A stretch of DNA of 64,000 nt from Octopus vulgaris (Eukaryota). The notes beneath the pieces were generated by a model. The model was not told the DNA's origin and did not search any database. It saw only the letters and a list, made by a program, of their open reading frames with translations. The DNA lies in assembly GCA_951406725.2 (NCBI GenBank), contig OX597821.1, positions 36,456,001-36,520,000 of the forward strand, written 5' to 3'. Shown piece by piece: positions 12,966 to 27,899 of this stretch. The position numbers and the translations under genes are program-made. The first letter of the stretch is position 1; each line of letters opens with the position of its first letter.

Positions 12966-13168
12966 ATGTCTGTGTTTGTCCCCAACATCACTTGACAACC
13001 GATGCTGGTGTGTTTACGTCCCCGTAACTTAGCGGTTCGACAAAAAAGACCGATAGAATAAGTACTAGGCTTACAAAGAATAAGTCATGGGGTCGATTTG
13101 CTCGACTAAAGGCAGTGCTCCAGCACGGCCGCAGTCTAATGACTGAAACAAGTAAAAGAGTAAAAGAA
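12614..13168 (+). mobile_element. SINE family A with a nested family D 3' fragment in its internal (TA)n
   Basis: Matches 2667-3035; 12800-12910 matches 9545-9645. Confidence 0.88.
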
Positions 13169-13700
13169 TATATAAGTTATATAAGTTTTACTCATAATAT
13201 ATATATATAAATTTCTATTTTTTAGTTATTCCTACTCAATATTGGCCATATCGGAACACGGACTTATAAGATTATAAGTCGATAGTATCAACTTCACTTG
13301 CTATTTATATTTGGTATTTATTTTATATTATACTTTTTGTCGATTTGCTAGGTTACACGACATTCAGGCGTATAGCATAACACTAGATTTTAAAGCTGAG
13401 AAAACATAAATACAGACATGAACACAGGAGCGTGCAAGCATGCATACATACATACATACCTACATACATACATGCACACATACATACATACATACATACA
13501 TACATACATACATACATACATACATACATACATACATACATACATACATACATACATACATACATACATACATACAAGCTTCACAATCTTGAATCCAGAA
13601 CATTAACCACATTAATTTATTAACTATTTATTGACTGAACTTGTCACAATTCAAGTTCCAAAACGCCAGCTATTAGTGAAACATCCAAGTCCCTATCAAC

Positions 13701-14126
<426 letters not shown>

Positions 14127-14164
14127 TTTTATATATCACAACTCATGTTCCACATCTCCTTTTT

Positions 14165-14263
<99 letters not shown>

Positions 14264-14268
14264 GTATA

Positions 14269-14649
14269 CTAGCAGTATCGCCCGGCGTTGCTCAGGTTTG
14301 TAAGGGAAATAACTATAAAGCATTTTTAGAGAGTTATAGCCAAAAAATAGCAAAAAAAATGGAAAAAAATGATGGTAAATTTTTTTTGAGATTTAAAAAA
14401 GGTGGAGTTGCGTCCCCTAGACAGTTTGTGGTTCGTGTTTCTGATTCGCGACCCCATGTCGAATTTATCGATTTTTTTCAGAACTGGGGGAACTTTTCAA
14501 AATTTTCGCTGGGTTAGTTTTGAATTATGACATTGGGCTATGTGTGTGTCAAGTTTCATCAGAATCGGTTGAAAGCCGTGGTCAGAGTGAGGGTACAAGC
14601 AAAGAAACACAGAAACACGCACAGACAAACTGCCGTTTATATAAAGAGA
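14269..14649 (-). mobile_element. Non-autonomous Helitron
   Basis: Minus strand begins TC and ends CTAG, inserted between A and T; GC-rich subterminal hairpin remnant cccggcgttgctcagg; no TSD. Confidence 0.75.
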
Positions 14650-15392
14650 TATGTATATATGTATATATATATACATGTGTATATATATATGTATATATGT
14701 ATGTGTGTGTGTGTACCACATACACACACACACATATATATATGTATGTATATGTATGTATATATATATGTGTGTATGTGTGTGTGTGTGTGTGTGTGTA
14801 TAGTGCAAGATGGGATATCTGAGTCAATAACTTGTTACCAGTAAATTATTATAGTTGATTCCTAGGCGTTTAAACCAGCAACAGCTACAAACTTGCTATA
14901 TAAAGAGGATAAGTTTTTGGTATAACGCGGATTATAAGGTAATTTGTAAAAAAAATTGTCAAAGAATTCAATATTAGTCAAGGAAAACACAAATAGTATA
15001 CCTACAGTCATGCGTATATGTCTTTATTTACAACATTTATATAAATTTGCCAGTGATTTTATTTTCAATTGAAATCTTCATTTGATCTTTGTATGCTTCG
15101 GTTTCTTAACAACTTAACGTATACAAGCATTGAAAGAACCGTACATGAGTTTGTTACAATAAAATTTGATATGTAGTTACGTTTTGGAATAAAACCATAT
15201 TTATTTTTTTTATCAAGCGCAAGTCAAAACTCGGCCCTCTTAGAAACACAAAAGAGGGAATGCCTGTCTTCCATACAGGCATGTATTTGATTATTTCACA
15301 GGATTCGGCGGGTCAGAGTACAGCATCATGTTACAGTGCCTGCTGAATGTGTGTGTTTATACTTATACATAAAAGCATGCATACATACATAA

Positions 15393-15435
<43 letters not shown>

Positions 15436-15599
15436 CTACCAAGAATTCACAACGACCTGACCTCGAACACACAAGTGCAAACAAGAGAGACAGAGAAAGG
15501 CAGAAACAAGGAAAATGCCACTTATATTTGAACACTATACAAATATTCCTTTAAAAAACTTTTCGTTTAATTTATCTAAATTTAATTATTTAATCGTTA

Positions 15600-15637
15600 C
15601 AGTTGAAAAGGTCTCAAAATGAGCGAAACCGGTACTG
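15600..15637 (+). ncRNA. Hammerhead-like motif, U3-A8 covariant core
   Basis: cag-TTGAAAA-ggtctc(aaaat)gagc-GAAA-ccgg-TA-ctg. Confidence 0.65.
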
Positions 15638-15686
15638 AAATGTTCTTTATAAAATTATTTTAGCATTTTCTATCTTGACTTGTTTT

Positions 15687-15764
<78 letters not shown>

Positions 15765-15765
15765 A

Positions 15766-15796
<31 letters not shown>

Positions 15797-15869
15797 ACAA
15801 TTTAATAAATGAAACATATGCATACATACATACATATATGTACATACCTATATCTATATGTATATATAC

Positions 15870-16047
15870 ATGCATATATATGAGTACAGGACACCACAAA
15901 TAAACGTAGAACACAAGAAACAAAAACATAAAATCAAACAAGGAAACGGACTTTTTTAACAAAGAAAAAACAGAGTACAAGACAAACAATACAAGGAACA
16001 TTCCCCTTCTTCAGCTGCCCCTGTTTCGACTCAATGCGTGTTTCGAT
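15870..16047 (-). mobile_element. 'gtcctgtactcata' family terminal repeat
   Basis: Minus strand gtcgaaacaggggcagctgaagaaggggaatgttccttg...gtcctgtactcatatata. Confidence 0.6.
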
Positions 16048-16919
16048 TTATATATATGTATATATACAGCACATACATACACACACACACACGCACGCAC
16101 GCACACACACGTACACACAGATTCATTGCTTTTCATTTGTGTGTATGCGTATGTGTGTGCGCGAGTATGTATTGAAGGGTGTGCGTGTGTGTGTCACTGT
16201 TTAAGTTGTGTTTGGAAACTGTGAACAAGGTGCAAGTTTCGAGTACTTGTCGGTAACTTTTTGTGTTTTTTCTCTCCTCGTCTTCTAATAGTAATTACCA
16301 AACTTTCTTGGTTCTTCTCAAACCTTATCCCATGTTGAAAAATTATACGTCTTTTTAAAAATAAGTAATGTTTTTACATTACGTATACACTAATAGCGAA
16401 TTAAAACTTAAAAGAGAAAGTCAGAGACTTTGCAAATAAAAATGGAATATTCCGCAGTGAATGCAATGAATATTTAAATTTGTGATGAATTGGACGCAGT
16501 AAATGTTTAAATTTGCTAGCAAGCGGAGTTTAAAAAATGCAATAAACTTGAGAAATCGAAATTATAGGAAATTTCTTAGAACATGAATTTATAAAAATAT
16601 TTCCAGACAGTCAACCCTTTAATAATTGCTTTCTTTTTGTACTTTTAGTAATTGCTACATACCTAATTAATAAGCAGCTTTCTCCATTATAGTATAGATT
16701 TCTTCATTTTTTTAAGATATACAAAAAAAATAATAATAAATACACAACTATATTTGTTAATCAAACACAATCCGATGTATACTGTATTTACATAAAAACA
16801 GTAGGCATTCTTGTCGCCAATCTTCACCAGTTCCCAAGATAATATTTCCCTTGCATACCTAAAGACGAATAACCCGTACGTGCTCTCGTGGCATAAACAC
16901 CCACGCACACAACACGCAT

Positions 16920-16980
<61 letters not shown>

Positions 16981-17385
16981 TATGCAAGGGAAGAGTTTCT
17001 TCTTGTGCCCATCAATCAAATTTCTCTTGCAAATATTGATTATAGAAGACAGCAGCTTACAGCTTACGGTGGAAACTAACCCTAAACCATGTGGTTCCGA
17101 AGCGAACCTCAACAAAGGGACATGACTGAAACCTTTATAAAGTAAAATACTAGTTGTCGTCAGCGGGACATGAACTCAGAACACCAGAACAAATATTGTA
17201 ATGCATTCTCTCATGTATTAACGACTCATGTTCAGCACGTCTTATCATTTCCATACCATGGTTTCATAGTATTTTCTAGGTATTTGGACAGGGCAACAGT
17301 ACCCTACTAAAATAATCCGACCATGCTCTTTGTTCTGTGTATATATGTTTATTTATTATTTTTGTTCTCTTATTCGTTTTTTAAG

Positions 17386-17508
17386 GAACTTGGAGTATGG
17401 AGTGTAGATTATATACCCCGAGGGACGAGGTTTGGACCGCTGATCGGTGACATTATTGGCAGTAGTGAATATGTCTACGATATTAGAGATCTGAAGAAAA
17501 TATGGCGG
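17386..17508 (+). CDS. PRDM1: PRDM1/Blimp-1 coding exon, N-terminal half of PR/SET domain
   Basis: Polypyrimidine tract + ttaag acceptor, then ELGVWSVDYIPRGTRFGPLIG...KKIWR, then gtgagt donor. Closely matches the PRDM1 motif GVxSxxYIPKGTRFGPLIG...YFWR; 123 nt, phase 0 at both ends. Confidence 0.93.
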
Positions 17509-17715
17509 GTGAGTTCCACACTAAAGAATTTTAACAATTCAGATATACATAAATGTGTGTGATTGTGCGTGCGTTTGCGCATATGTGTGTATTTGTGTGC
17601 GTTAGTGCTTGTGCAGAAAATGCATGTTTATGTAATGCGCCGCATGCGCTTTCACATTCATGCATATGTACATATATACTGTTATATAAAGTGGCACGCA
17701 TGAATACACAGACAC

Positions 17716-17943
17716 AGAAGAAATGAGGTACTTAGAAATTCGGATGGTTTTATATTTACAGATATTTATTTGTATATTACGTTTTTATACACCATATACC
17801 TTAGATCATGTATTAGCGCTTTCTCCCATTCTAGTGGGGTTTTCAAATCGATCTAAGTTATATGATGTATAAAAACATGTAATATACAAATAAATATTTG
17901 TAAATATAAAACCATCCGAATTTCTGAGTACCTCATTTCTTCT
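17716..17943. repeat. ~92-bp inverted repeat in PRDM1 intron
   Basis: Arms 17716-17807 and 17850-17943; a single copy of the same arm is at 35746-35840. Confidence 0.92.
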
Positions 17944-17978
17944 AATATAAAATACCTATACATCATCTCCAAACCTTC

Positions 17979-18070
<92 letters not shown>

Positions 18071-19457
18071 CAATCCTGCGAATTATATAAACTAGTTATG
18101 TTCAAACCAGGTCATTAACGCTAACCACACTCCACTGAATTTGCCGTTATAAATGACCAACCATTTTGTATGCTTCTAAGCTTCACTAGGTGAAAGCAGA
18201 GGTAACCGAACCTGGCGAGTCATTAACGAAAGACGAAACTAATCGGCTGGTTTTTCCCTTCATGCAAACCAAATCTTTTGAGATTTATCCTGGGTAATGT
18301 TTTCTCCCAGCCTAACCATATATATCTTTATTAAAGATATTGATTGTGAGAACTGTATATTCGGTTTGATAAATGCTAATACCCAAAAATGTAACCATTT
18401 GAATCAAAAGGGCGGTTAACTCAGTGTAAGTTCAACAACTATTTAATAATATCATGGGATCTCAGAAATTCGGGTTTGGTGTTGTGCAAGACTACTGAGA
18501 GTGAGGTACCTCTCGGCTTTTGTTAAAGTATACCTCTAGGAGAAGGTTACTCTGATATATAACCGAATATGCAAAGGATAGCAGTGTATATTTTAAGATT
18601 CTTAGGCTTGCGGTTGGAATCATAGCACTGCCACATTCTTTAACCTGCGACTCATATTGGCACTAGATATCTTGTCTTTCTTCCAGATCATATCAATAGG
18701 GTAAGAGGATCTATGAGATGTCGCGCAAGCCTTACTGTACCTGAAGATTTTGCACAGGCATTGCTTTGTCAGTGATGGTGGTACTCGTTTATAAGTCGAC
18801 TATCACCATATATGTCTGTCTGTCTGTGTATATATGTATGTATATATGTACGTACTATGTATGTTTGTATGTATGTATGTATGTGTATAGGCTGACGTGG
18901 CATATGTGTGTGTGTGCAGATCAGTCATTCAATTAGCACTAAGCTACTCTTTAATGATAAAAAATGAAAAAAATAAAGAGAGAGACGGAGGAAGATAAAA
19001 AATTTGTTATATTTGATTAATTAAGAAGGTCTCAAACATTTTAGATATGTCCACCATTTTGGAAGATATGGAAGCTAATTCTAGTTTATTTCCTCATTAA
19101 CAAAGCGAGAGAGACGGCGAAAAATATTAGTATCTTTAAGGATATTTGTCAGTTTACAAATCACTGCACTAGGTTGTCTATCTGGACAGTGTGTGAGGTG
19201 TGAAAGAGTCAGCATCGGGGCTAATAGTATATATATATATTGCCAACGTGTGTCGGCACAAGCGTTAGATTTTATGGCCTGCCATTTGGATATGACGCCG
19301 GAGAACAAACAGAGACAGCATTAGCGACGGTAACAATCGAAAAAAACCTAGGAGCTCGCCATACACACACCGTCATATAGACCCGTATATATCTATATAT
19401 GCGTGCTTGTATGTCTTTTTCTGTACACAAGCACAAACCGGTACTCATAAATAGTAG

Positions 19458-19569
<112 letters not shown>

Positions 19570-20203
19570 ATATACACACACAGATATATATATATATGAC
19601 TAATTATAAAAACATTAACATATCAAACGATATGTATGTGTTACACTCAACCCTTACGAGACGTCGTATTTGTAAAAATGTCTACCTTCGTCTCTCTCAT
19701 TTTTACCTCTCTCTTTCCCTTGTTTCTCTCATCGAGATATACACATACACACATGTATACATACATACATACATACACATACACACACACATACACACAC
19801 ACACACACACACACGCAAATATATATATATATATATATATATACACGCACACACAATAGAGAGTAACGATGGGGATGTATAGGTAGACACGTAGATGGAT
19901 GGAAAAGCAGATAGATAGATAGTTCGAGAGATAGAGAGATATAGATATATTTCTCGATATATAACAAGCACATGTGTGCGTATTTACTTTGCAACATATA
20001 TTTGACCAGCTTACTTTAAAAATACCAATTTCTCACGTTGTCAGAAAGACATTGATAGGAAGACTATGGCCCAATTATTGGAACACAAATATAGTTATTG
20101 TTACTCATTCTTCGAATCGTTGTTTGCTGAAAGGCGAAGTTAATGTCTGCGAATTTTGAACTGATAACGTAGAGGTTCAAAATAAAATATACATACATAC
20201 ATC

Positions 20204-20234
<31 letters not shown>

Positions 20235-20242
20235 ACACACAG

Positions 20243-20296
<54 letters not shown>

Positions 20297-20438
20297 ATTA
20301 TTGAAATGGATAAATGAATTATCTTGTTACGGATTATTCAAATGATAACCGATACCTGGGTAGCAAAAATCACAACAGAAAAATATGTAGAAAATAATAA
20401 AAAGGAATTTTGTTAAATCTTCGTTCATCCATTTACAC

Positions 20439-20501
<63 letters not shown>

Positions 20502-20575
20502 GATAGAGTGTAACGATGGGAATATATAGAATATAGAATATATGGAATATAGAATATGGGAATATATAGAATATA

Positions 20576-20615
<40 letters not shown>

Positions 20616-20639
20616 GCGCGCGCGCGTGTGTGTATTAGT

Positions 20640-20847
20640 TTCAAAATTTGACACAAGGCCCGCAAATTCGGGGAAGGGGATAAGTCGATTATTTTGACCC
20701 CAGTATTCAATTGGTAATTAATTTCAAAACCCGAAACGATGAAAGGCAAAGTCGACCACTGCGGAATTTGAACTCAGAACGTGACGACGGACGAAATGCC
20801 GTTACGCATTTTGCTTGGCGTGCTAACAACACTACCAACTCGCCGCT
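20640..20847 (-). mobile_element. tRNA-derived SINE family B (diverged)
   Basis: gaaaggcaaagtcgacc..gcggaatttgaactcagaacg core shared with 58937-59165. Confidence 0.85.
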
Positions 20848-20957
20848 CTATATGTATATATATTGATGTTTGTTTTATGTTATAATAAAAACAGCCTTAC
20901 ATTGAATTTAAGGATTATTCAAAACATCTTAGCAGAAATTTGCTATTCTTTAACAAA

Positions 20958-21020
<63 letters not shown>

Positions 21021-21078
21021 ATGCGTCCGCGCGTATAATTTAACAAGAATAATATCTGTCTATCTATCTAACTATTTA

Positions 21079-21127
<49 letters not shown>

Positions 21128-21143
21128 ACATATATATATATAC

Positions 21144-21201
<58 letters not shown>

Positions 21202-21208
21202 GTGTGTA

Positions 21209-21279
<71 letters not shown>

Positions 21280-21297
21280 GTTATTTACAATTGACAG

Positions 21298-21333
<36 letters not shown>

Positions 21334-22073
21334 GTATTTGCAAACGTTGTTTTAATCGACACTTCAACGATTTCGCCATTCCACTATATTTTTAAATAAT
21401 TTTTTCGTCGTATCCGTATTTGACAAGCTTCAGAATGTAATTCATAAATTTACTACATTACGTTGCTGATATTTATTTTATTGATCTTTAATAAGGGACA
21501 TTGTGCTTGCTGTTGCGTAATCCAATATTAGGCTAGCTGAACTAGTTCTATATTCGAAGTTATTTCTATTTAACGGTTCTTTCATTTTATTTTTCCAAGC
21601 ATAACGTATCTACAAATGTATTACTCAATTTGTGCCTTTGACAAAGACATTAGAATAATTTTTAGCATTTTAAAGGAAATTTGGCGATTTCTAACAGGTT
21701 GGCTGAGCAGCTAGAGCGATAGTGCTACAGCTCGTGTAGTGCTACAGCTCGTGTTAATGTGACTGTTATGTAAATTAAAGAGCGTTATAGGTATACATAT
21801 AGTTGTGGAATATATATCCTTACGCATAAATTCACAGATACATTCAAACACGCGCGCAACGCGTGTGTGTGTGTGTGTACCTGCGGGTACATATCTATGT
21901 ATGATTTATCTATCACTCTCTCTTTCTTTCTATATATAAAAACTTAGATAAAACTTAGATATGTTTCGACCAAAGATTGGTCCAGGCCATGTCTAACTTA
22001 ATAGCACCACCTGATAGGATTATTCGAATCCTGTTTAAGTCAAGTTTTGTTCAAGTAGTGAGTTCTTGTTGGG

Positions 22074-22117
<44 letters not shown>

Positions 22118-22479
22118 TGAGACTTTCACGCATGCTAGTGCCTTGGTAGTTTAGCGGCTTCGAACAAAGTGCCTTGCAGCATTTTTCCAACTTGTTTTCT
22201 ACTAAATTCAAATCCCGCTATGATCAGCCTGATTTTGATAAAATGAAATACAAGCTATTTCGGTGGACTGGCACTATAAGAGAGTTGGAAAAAAATTACC
22301 TGTGGTATTTGTTCTGGCTGTTTACTGTCCGGGGGATTAGAAAAGTGTTGAGAATTTGTTTGTATCTAGCCGACACCATGATTTCACGTCAAATTACACC
22401 CTGTATTATTAAAAGAAGAAAATAGTATTTGAAAATTTTCTCTTAAATGTATGAAAAACAAGGTTAGATAGTCATAAAT

Positions 22480-23285
22480 GGAAAGTATTCTAGCATAGAA
22501 CTGCACCTGTGCAGCTGAATTGGACCTAAATATCAGCAAGGGTGTCCAACGTAAAGACATTTTATCTGAGTTACCAGGGACGCTTTTGCGTAATCAATCG
22601 ACTTGCTATAAAATAAAACCAAATCGCCCTCAAAAAAACAATATACTCTTATTAAAAAAAAAAAACAGAACGAATTTTCATTGAATAGTATAGTTCTGCA
22701 TACATCTTGTGAAAAAACAAAAGGGGGAATATACATGGTTGGAATGCCTTTGACCTTAGGTCTGCTCGATCAGAGCCAACCTGGTACTGAATAACAGCTG
22801 TTATAACAAAAAACAAAGTAAAACATCAGATTTTAAACTGACTGGCTTGATATGTTAGAGATAACAGTGAAATATTTCACCCGCAAACCACGCCGTACTC
22901 TCTAAGCAAAATTACATGGTATAATCTGTTCCGATAGTTCTATTCCTGAAAACAATAACGATTGGATTATTATAGCTGGAAAACCTGGCCAAGTGGTTAA
23001 ACCTCAGTCTGCTAGAAATAGAAATATAGCCAAGTCTCAGTAAGTTCATGTCTAGTGCATTTGATTGAAAAATCTAGTTCAGGATATACCAGAAGACAGT
23101 TTGAACAAAGTCAGATGCCTTTTTCTAACGTAGAGCTACTCAACCAGAGTTGGGCTGGGGTGCGTGCTAAACCATTACCTTCTACATAAAGCAGTTATGT
23201 AGGATAGAATAGTCACATTCTGAATGCCTTTGATCGTAGATTTGCTTGACCAAAGGTATACAAAAGTCAAACGACATTAACAACT
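22480..23285. repeat. Cluster of old degenerate repeat units (gaatgcctttga...ggtctgctcgatcagagc family)
   Basis: Motif recurs at 22741 and 23221, and at ~46415, ~46940, ~48030 and ~48365. Confidence 0.55.
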
Positions 23286-23507
23286 CTCTGTCAACTCGAA
23301 AAGACTAAAAAGCACAGATTTACAAACGTTTAAGTTCGAGAATAAACTCATTTGTTGTAACATTTCCATTTCCAAATTACGTTGATTTTGCACAAAATAA
23401 TTTACTGCACTATAAAATGAACATTACTCAATGTCATTTTCTGGCGTATAATCCACATACTGCTATGAATATTGTTTATGTTGGGAATTATTATTATTAT
23501 TATTATT

Positions 23508-23945
23508 GAGTGAGAGAGCAGTTCATGCCATCAAAGTGACACTGGGGTAAAATATACGAAGCCCAATATACCCATCATGACTACCCGTCTGATAAGAGTA
23601 CACCAGGCACATGCATCACAACCATATGTGCGCGACATGGTGATCTCATATCAAGATAAACAGCACATGACCTTGCAGGTGGGGCCCAGTTAGAATTTTC
23701 TTCAGGTTGAGTAGCCCATCCCGCTCAAAAGGTCCCCGAATGAGGGTTGTTTAAGGATGTTGAACGAAACACCCATGTTTCCAGAGGTGAATTATTCAAG
23801 CCCCAAAGAATCCCTCTCAACACATGGCTATGATGCTCCCTCATTACTTCTGCTCGTGATCAGAGATGCATATATACTATGCTCAACTGGTAAAGTCAAA
23901 CAACTGACAAGCAAATTGTGGTATTGAGCAGAATATTTGCTGTAT
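23508..23945. mobile_element. ~440-bp interspersed element inserted in (ATT)n
   Basis: Highly similar to 40508-40950, with the same junction (att)n-gagtgagagagcag. Confidence 0.85.
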
Positions 23946-23960
23946 TATACCAAGACAATA

Positions 23961-23994
<34 letters not shown>

Positions 23995-24015
23995 CATCAT
24001 CATCATCATCATCAC

Positions 24016-24084
<69 letters not shown>

Positions 24085-24085
24085 G

Positions 24086-25423
24086 TTTTCGTTGTTGCCG
24101 CTGCTTTGTTTAGTACGAACTACTCAAAGTCTCATCCAGAAACCTCAAGAGACAGCAAGTTGGACGTTTTAATGTGGGTGTAATTTATGAGTAGTAATGA
24201 TATATTACACTGAAAGGATACCGAATACTGGTTTCGCTCAAAATTTGCCACAACGTTTGCGACTTCGAACGATTACAAAAGGTTACAAAAGATTCCCAGG
24301 CTGATATTTTTTTACTTGGAATGTGGGCAGTACTCACGAGATCCAATTTTTGTAGTTCTGATAACTTTGTGTTTCCATAGCATTTAAAAACACCATTTGA
24401 GATTATCCCCAGAACTCCGATGGTCATTAGTATAGTTGTTGTTCTTCGATGCCACATGTTTGAGACCTCTATTTCAAGATCCTTGTATTTACTCAACTTT
24501 TCAAACATTTTCACAGAAGTGTTACAGTCTGCTGAGATTAATATATCCATGAGCAGAGATCTTCTATCAATCTAATTTTCCATTACAATATGTCGTCTGT
24601 TAGTCAAAATAGCTCGATAATTTTGAATACCCACTACCATTGACCAGTGATGTGCGGCTTTTTTTAACTTTGGCAGGCTCATCTTTCCACCAGTTCTTCT
24701 CATACAGAAGTCCATACTGACGGCATATATTTTTGTGCAAATACTGATCACGGCGATTAAAATACTCAAATGGAGCAAACACAGAACAGCCAGAGATTAT
24801 GTGGTCAATTGTTTTTCTGGTTATACCACAAAAACTACTGGAATGATCCGCACTATTTTAAGACTGATGGCTTGGTAATTTCTAGTCGATACACGCTCAT
24901 CCCGAGTTGCTATAATAAAGCTCCCCTTTTCTGATTTAAGTCCATATGCATTCAGTCTTCGATGGACATATTTGTATCAACATCTGAACCGCTGGTTTTT
25001 GTATGTTAATCACCACGTAAAGCCTTATTTTTACCCAGTTACGTAGCTCTGAAATTCCATTTGATTTAGCCTGTGATTTTATTTGTTTTATCATAGTACG
25101 TTCGTCTGTGTCACTCTCGGCGATCTTTTACAAACTCATTTGCTTTTAATATTTAGCGTAGTTTCTTGGTATGTTCATACCTGCAGAAAGATTCAACCAT
25201 CTATTCACTAGTGTCCAACAGATGGGTGTCTAAACCTATGGTTGCTTTTCTTTACAGGAAATTTCATCTCCCTCAGTCCATGCCCTCCATCCTTTCGTTG
25301 GATGTACGTCCGTCTACATCTTGCTTTGGGTAATGCCTGCGGTATATCGTTAGATACTTGCGTATTTTCGAGTCAAGTTTACTTATCTCATTGATGGTCC
25401 ATTAATATTATATTAAAACTGTA
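24086..25423 (-). mobile_element. 5'-truncated R4/Dong-clade non-LTR retrotransposon (pseudogene)
   Basis: Minus-strand remnants WTINEISKLDSKIRKYL..H.PK..V...YIQRKDGGHGL and EKLSKYKDLEIEVSNMW...IGVLG...LQK...TAHI (RLE domain); flanked by (ATT)n on both sides. Confidence 0.85.
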
Positions 25424-25424
25424 G

Positions 25425-25495
<71 letters not shown>

Positions 25496-25518
25496 CATTA
25501 TTACTATTATTATTATTA

Positions 25519-25587
<69 letters not shown>

Positions 25588-25589
25588 CA

Positions 25590-25960
25590 TCGTAACACAG
25601 CGTAGGTAAAAATGCACCGGAGTCTTTAGTCATCTGTCAAGTCACAACAAGGACCCTCAGAAAGATAATACTTTCTTTAAGATGTGCGCCGTTTCAGACC
25701 TTGTGGACGCCAGAGAACTTCAAGGATGTGGAGATATTATTTCTAGCATAACCCGCAACCACATAAAGGTTCTCTAGTTGGCTTGACACAGACGTGTATG
25801 AGTAAGGGCATATAACAGGCCAAGGAATTATGTCGTTCTTCAAAGGACGACGGTTGTTCATTGTTCTTATACATCCGACTGTAGATTTTTCAGTCATATT
25901 GCAGTTGATTTATTAATTAACACATACCCAGGTATTTCTGCAATAGTCTTCCTTATATTG
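25590..25960 (-). mobile_element. Second R4/Dong-like fragment (internally deleted)
   Basis: Minus strand encodes KYLG and the C-terminal ETAHILKKVLSF*, followed by the TAA array. Confidence 0.65.
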
Positions 25961-26238
25961 ACGTTGTTGATGTCGTTATTATCGTTGTTTAAAGCCGATT
26001 AACAGAACACCTTGCATACTTGTTACATTCCGTTTTCAAATATAATTTACTCGTTACTCTTCTTTTCCTCCTCCTCCTCCTCCACTTTATCATCATCATC
26101 ATCATCATCACCATCGTCATCATCATCATCATCATCATCATCAATAATAACAAGAACAGCGAGATAAAAGAAATATCACTGAGTGCAAGTAATTTTAGTA
26201 TACATTTACTTACACACTAACATGTGTATGTATGTGTG

Positions 26239-26273
<35 letters not shown>

Positions 26274-26810
26274 CTTGCGTGTGTATTTGTACATGTGTGT
26301 GTGTGTTTGTGTGATTGTGTGTGTTTGTGTTCGTACGTATGTGTGAAAGCAAAAATAATAATAATTTCATTGTTGAAAAAGAAATTTTATTAGTATTTAT
26401 CGTCTACAATGAGGTGAAAGGACGATTCGTTGTGCTTCTGATACAACTCCAGTGCACTTGGTTGTAAACAATACAAGATTTGAGCGAAAGTGAATGCAAC
26501 AGATTTTGTACGTTTTTCGAACATTAATAACCTTATTTTATTTTCAACACATTATACAGATGAGTCACTTGCCAAAGAATTAATGCATAGACATGCTGTC
26601 CACACCCGCATATATGTGTTTAAGTATATGTAGATATTTCGTTATGGAGATACGTTTATATGTGTGTAAGTATGAATGAGCTAAGCAGACTTTGGAAAGC
26701 AAAGAATCTGATGTACGTACTTACAGAACTTATTCAATCAGGCAACAAAATTACTAAGGTATACGTGTGTATGTGTGTATATATATGTGTGTGTCTATGT
26801 GTGTATACAT

Positions 26811-26868
<58 letters not shown>

Positions 26869-26978
26869 GCATATATATATATATATATATTTATGTAAGT
26901 ATGTATGTATGTATGCATGTATGTATGTATGCATATGTATTACATGTGAATTGTTGGCGATTTTTTCCTGCGGCTCCT

Positions 26979-27013
26979 GTTTCTGAAGAAGAGCTTTGCT
27001 CGAAACATAAGAC
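26979..27013 (+). ncRNA. Minimal hammerhead motif (CpG-decayed stem III) in a Penelope-type repeat
   Basis: gttt-CTGAAGA-a-gagc(ttt)gctc-GAAAC-ATA-agac. Confidence 0.7.
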
Positions 27014-27089
27014 GCCCTTTTTTACCTTTCCTGAGCGTCTTGTTAATACCTAACATATACCTTTTTTCTCCTTTTGGGGGACATTAATT

Positions 27090-27183
<94 letters not shown>

Positions 27184-27194
27184 GTACATACTTA

Positions 27195-27355
27195 CATATG
27201 CATATATGAGTACAGGACGTCAAAAAACGTGAACAACATGAAAAACGAGAACATGAAATTCAAAAACATAGAAAGTGAACATTTTTCGAACAATGAAAGA
27301 AACAAATAGAAAAGCGAGACAGTCAACATAACGAACAATCCCTTCATCAGTTGTA
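27195..27355 (-). mobile_element. 'gtcctgtactcata' family terminal repeat
   Basis: Minus strand caactgatgaagggattgttcg...gtcctgtactcatatatgcat. Confidence 0.6.
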
Positions 27356-27848
27356 AAACATGGGGAAGTGCACGCTCTAGATTTTGTCACAAAGTATTAT
27401 TGTATATACACCGTCCTGATGCCTGAAATGCATTCAAATTATATTCAAATTATCCCAGTATATCCCGACTCAACTCAGAAGCAAACATCACATACTCCAA
27501 CGATATATCTCGCCACACAGGTGTGCCGCCGTACAATGGTTATAAATATTAAACAGTTAATTGCAATATATAAACTACGTCTCGGTATTAACAATAATGA
27601 TTCAACAATCGATTATATATTTTAAAAGAGGCTCTCTTAACTGGAGTTAGGTTAATTACAGGAGCTCGTTTTTTGACCTCCAAAATGAAAATTAAATTTA
27701 AGGGGAATTAAACTCAGAAGGGAAATTTATTGACCTTAAGTACAAGGTATTGTGTCCTACACTCAAGTGATTTTGAATATATTCTTCCATCGGTAGAAAC
27801 AAGCATTACTCTCTTATTACCTCTCGCTCTCTACCTCCCTTTCCTCTC

Positions 27849-27883
<35 letters not shown>

Positions 27884-27899
27884 ATCTGGACATACATAT

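Noticed and set aside
18070-18800. High-complexity intronic tract, possible exon or TE
   Set aside because: No ORF or recognisable motif; cannot be classified by eye.
20520-20582. Short gaatata minisatellite; CRISPR-like arrays in general
   Set aside because: No unique spacers and a eukaryotic context; simple repeat.
21721-21754. 17-bp tandem duplication
   Set aside because: Ordinary slippage duplication.
21955-22000. Minus-strand gaccaa-tct-ttggtc-GAAAC hairpin resembling a hammerhead
   Set aside because: The CUGANGA core is unrecognisable; possibly a decayed copy but not supportable.
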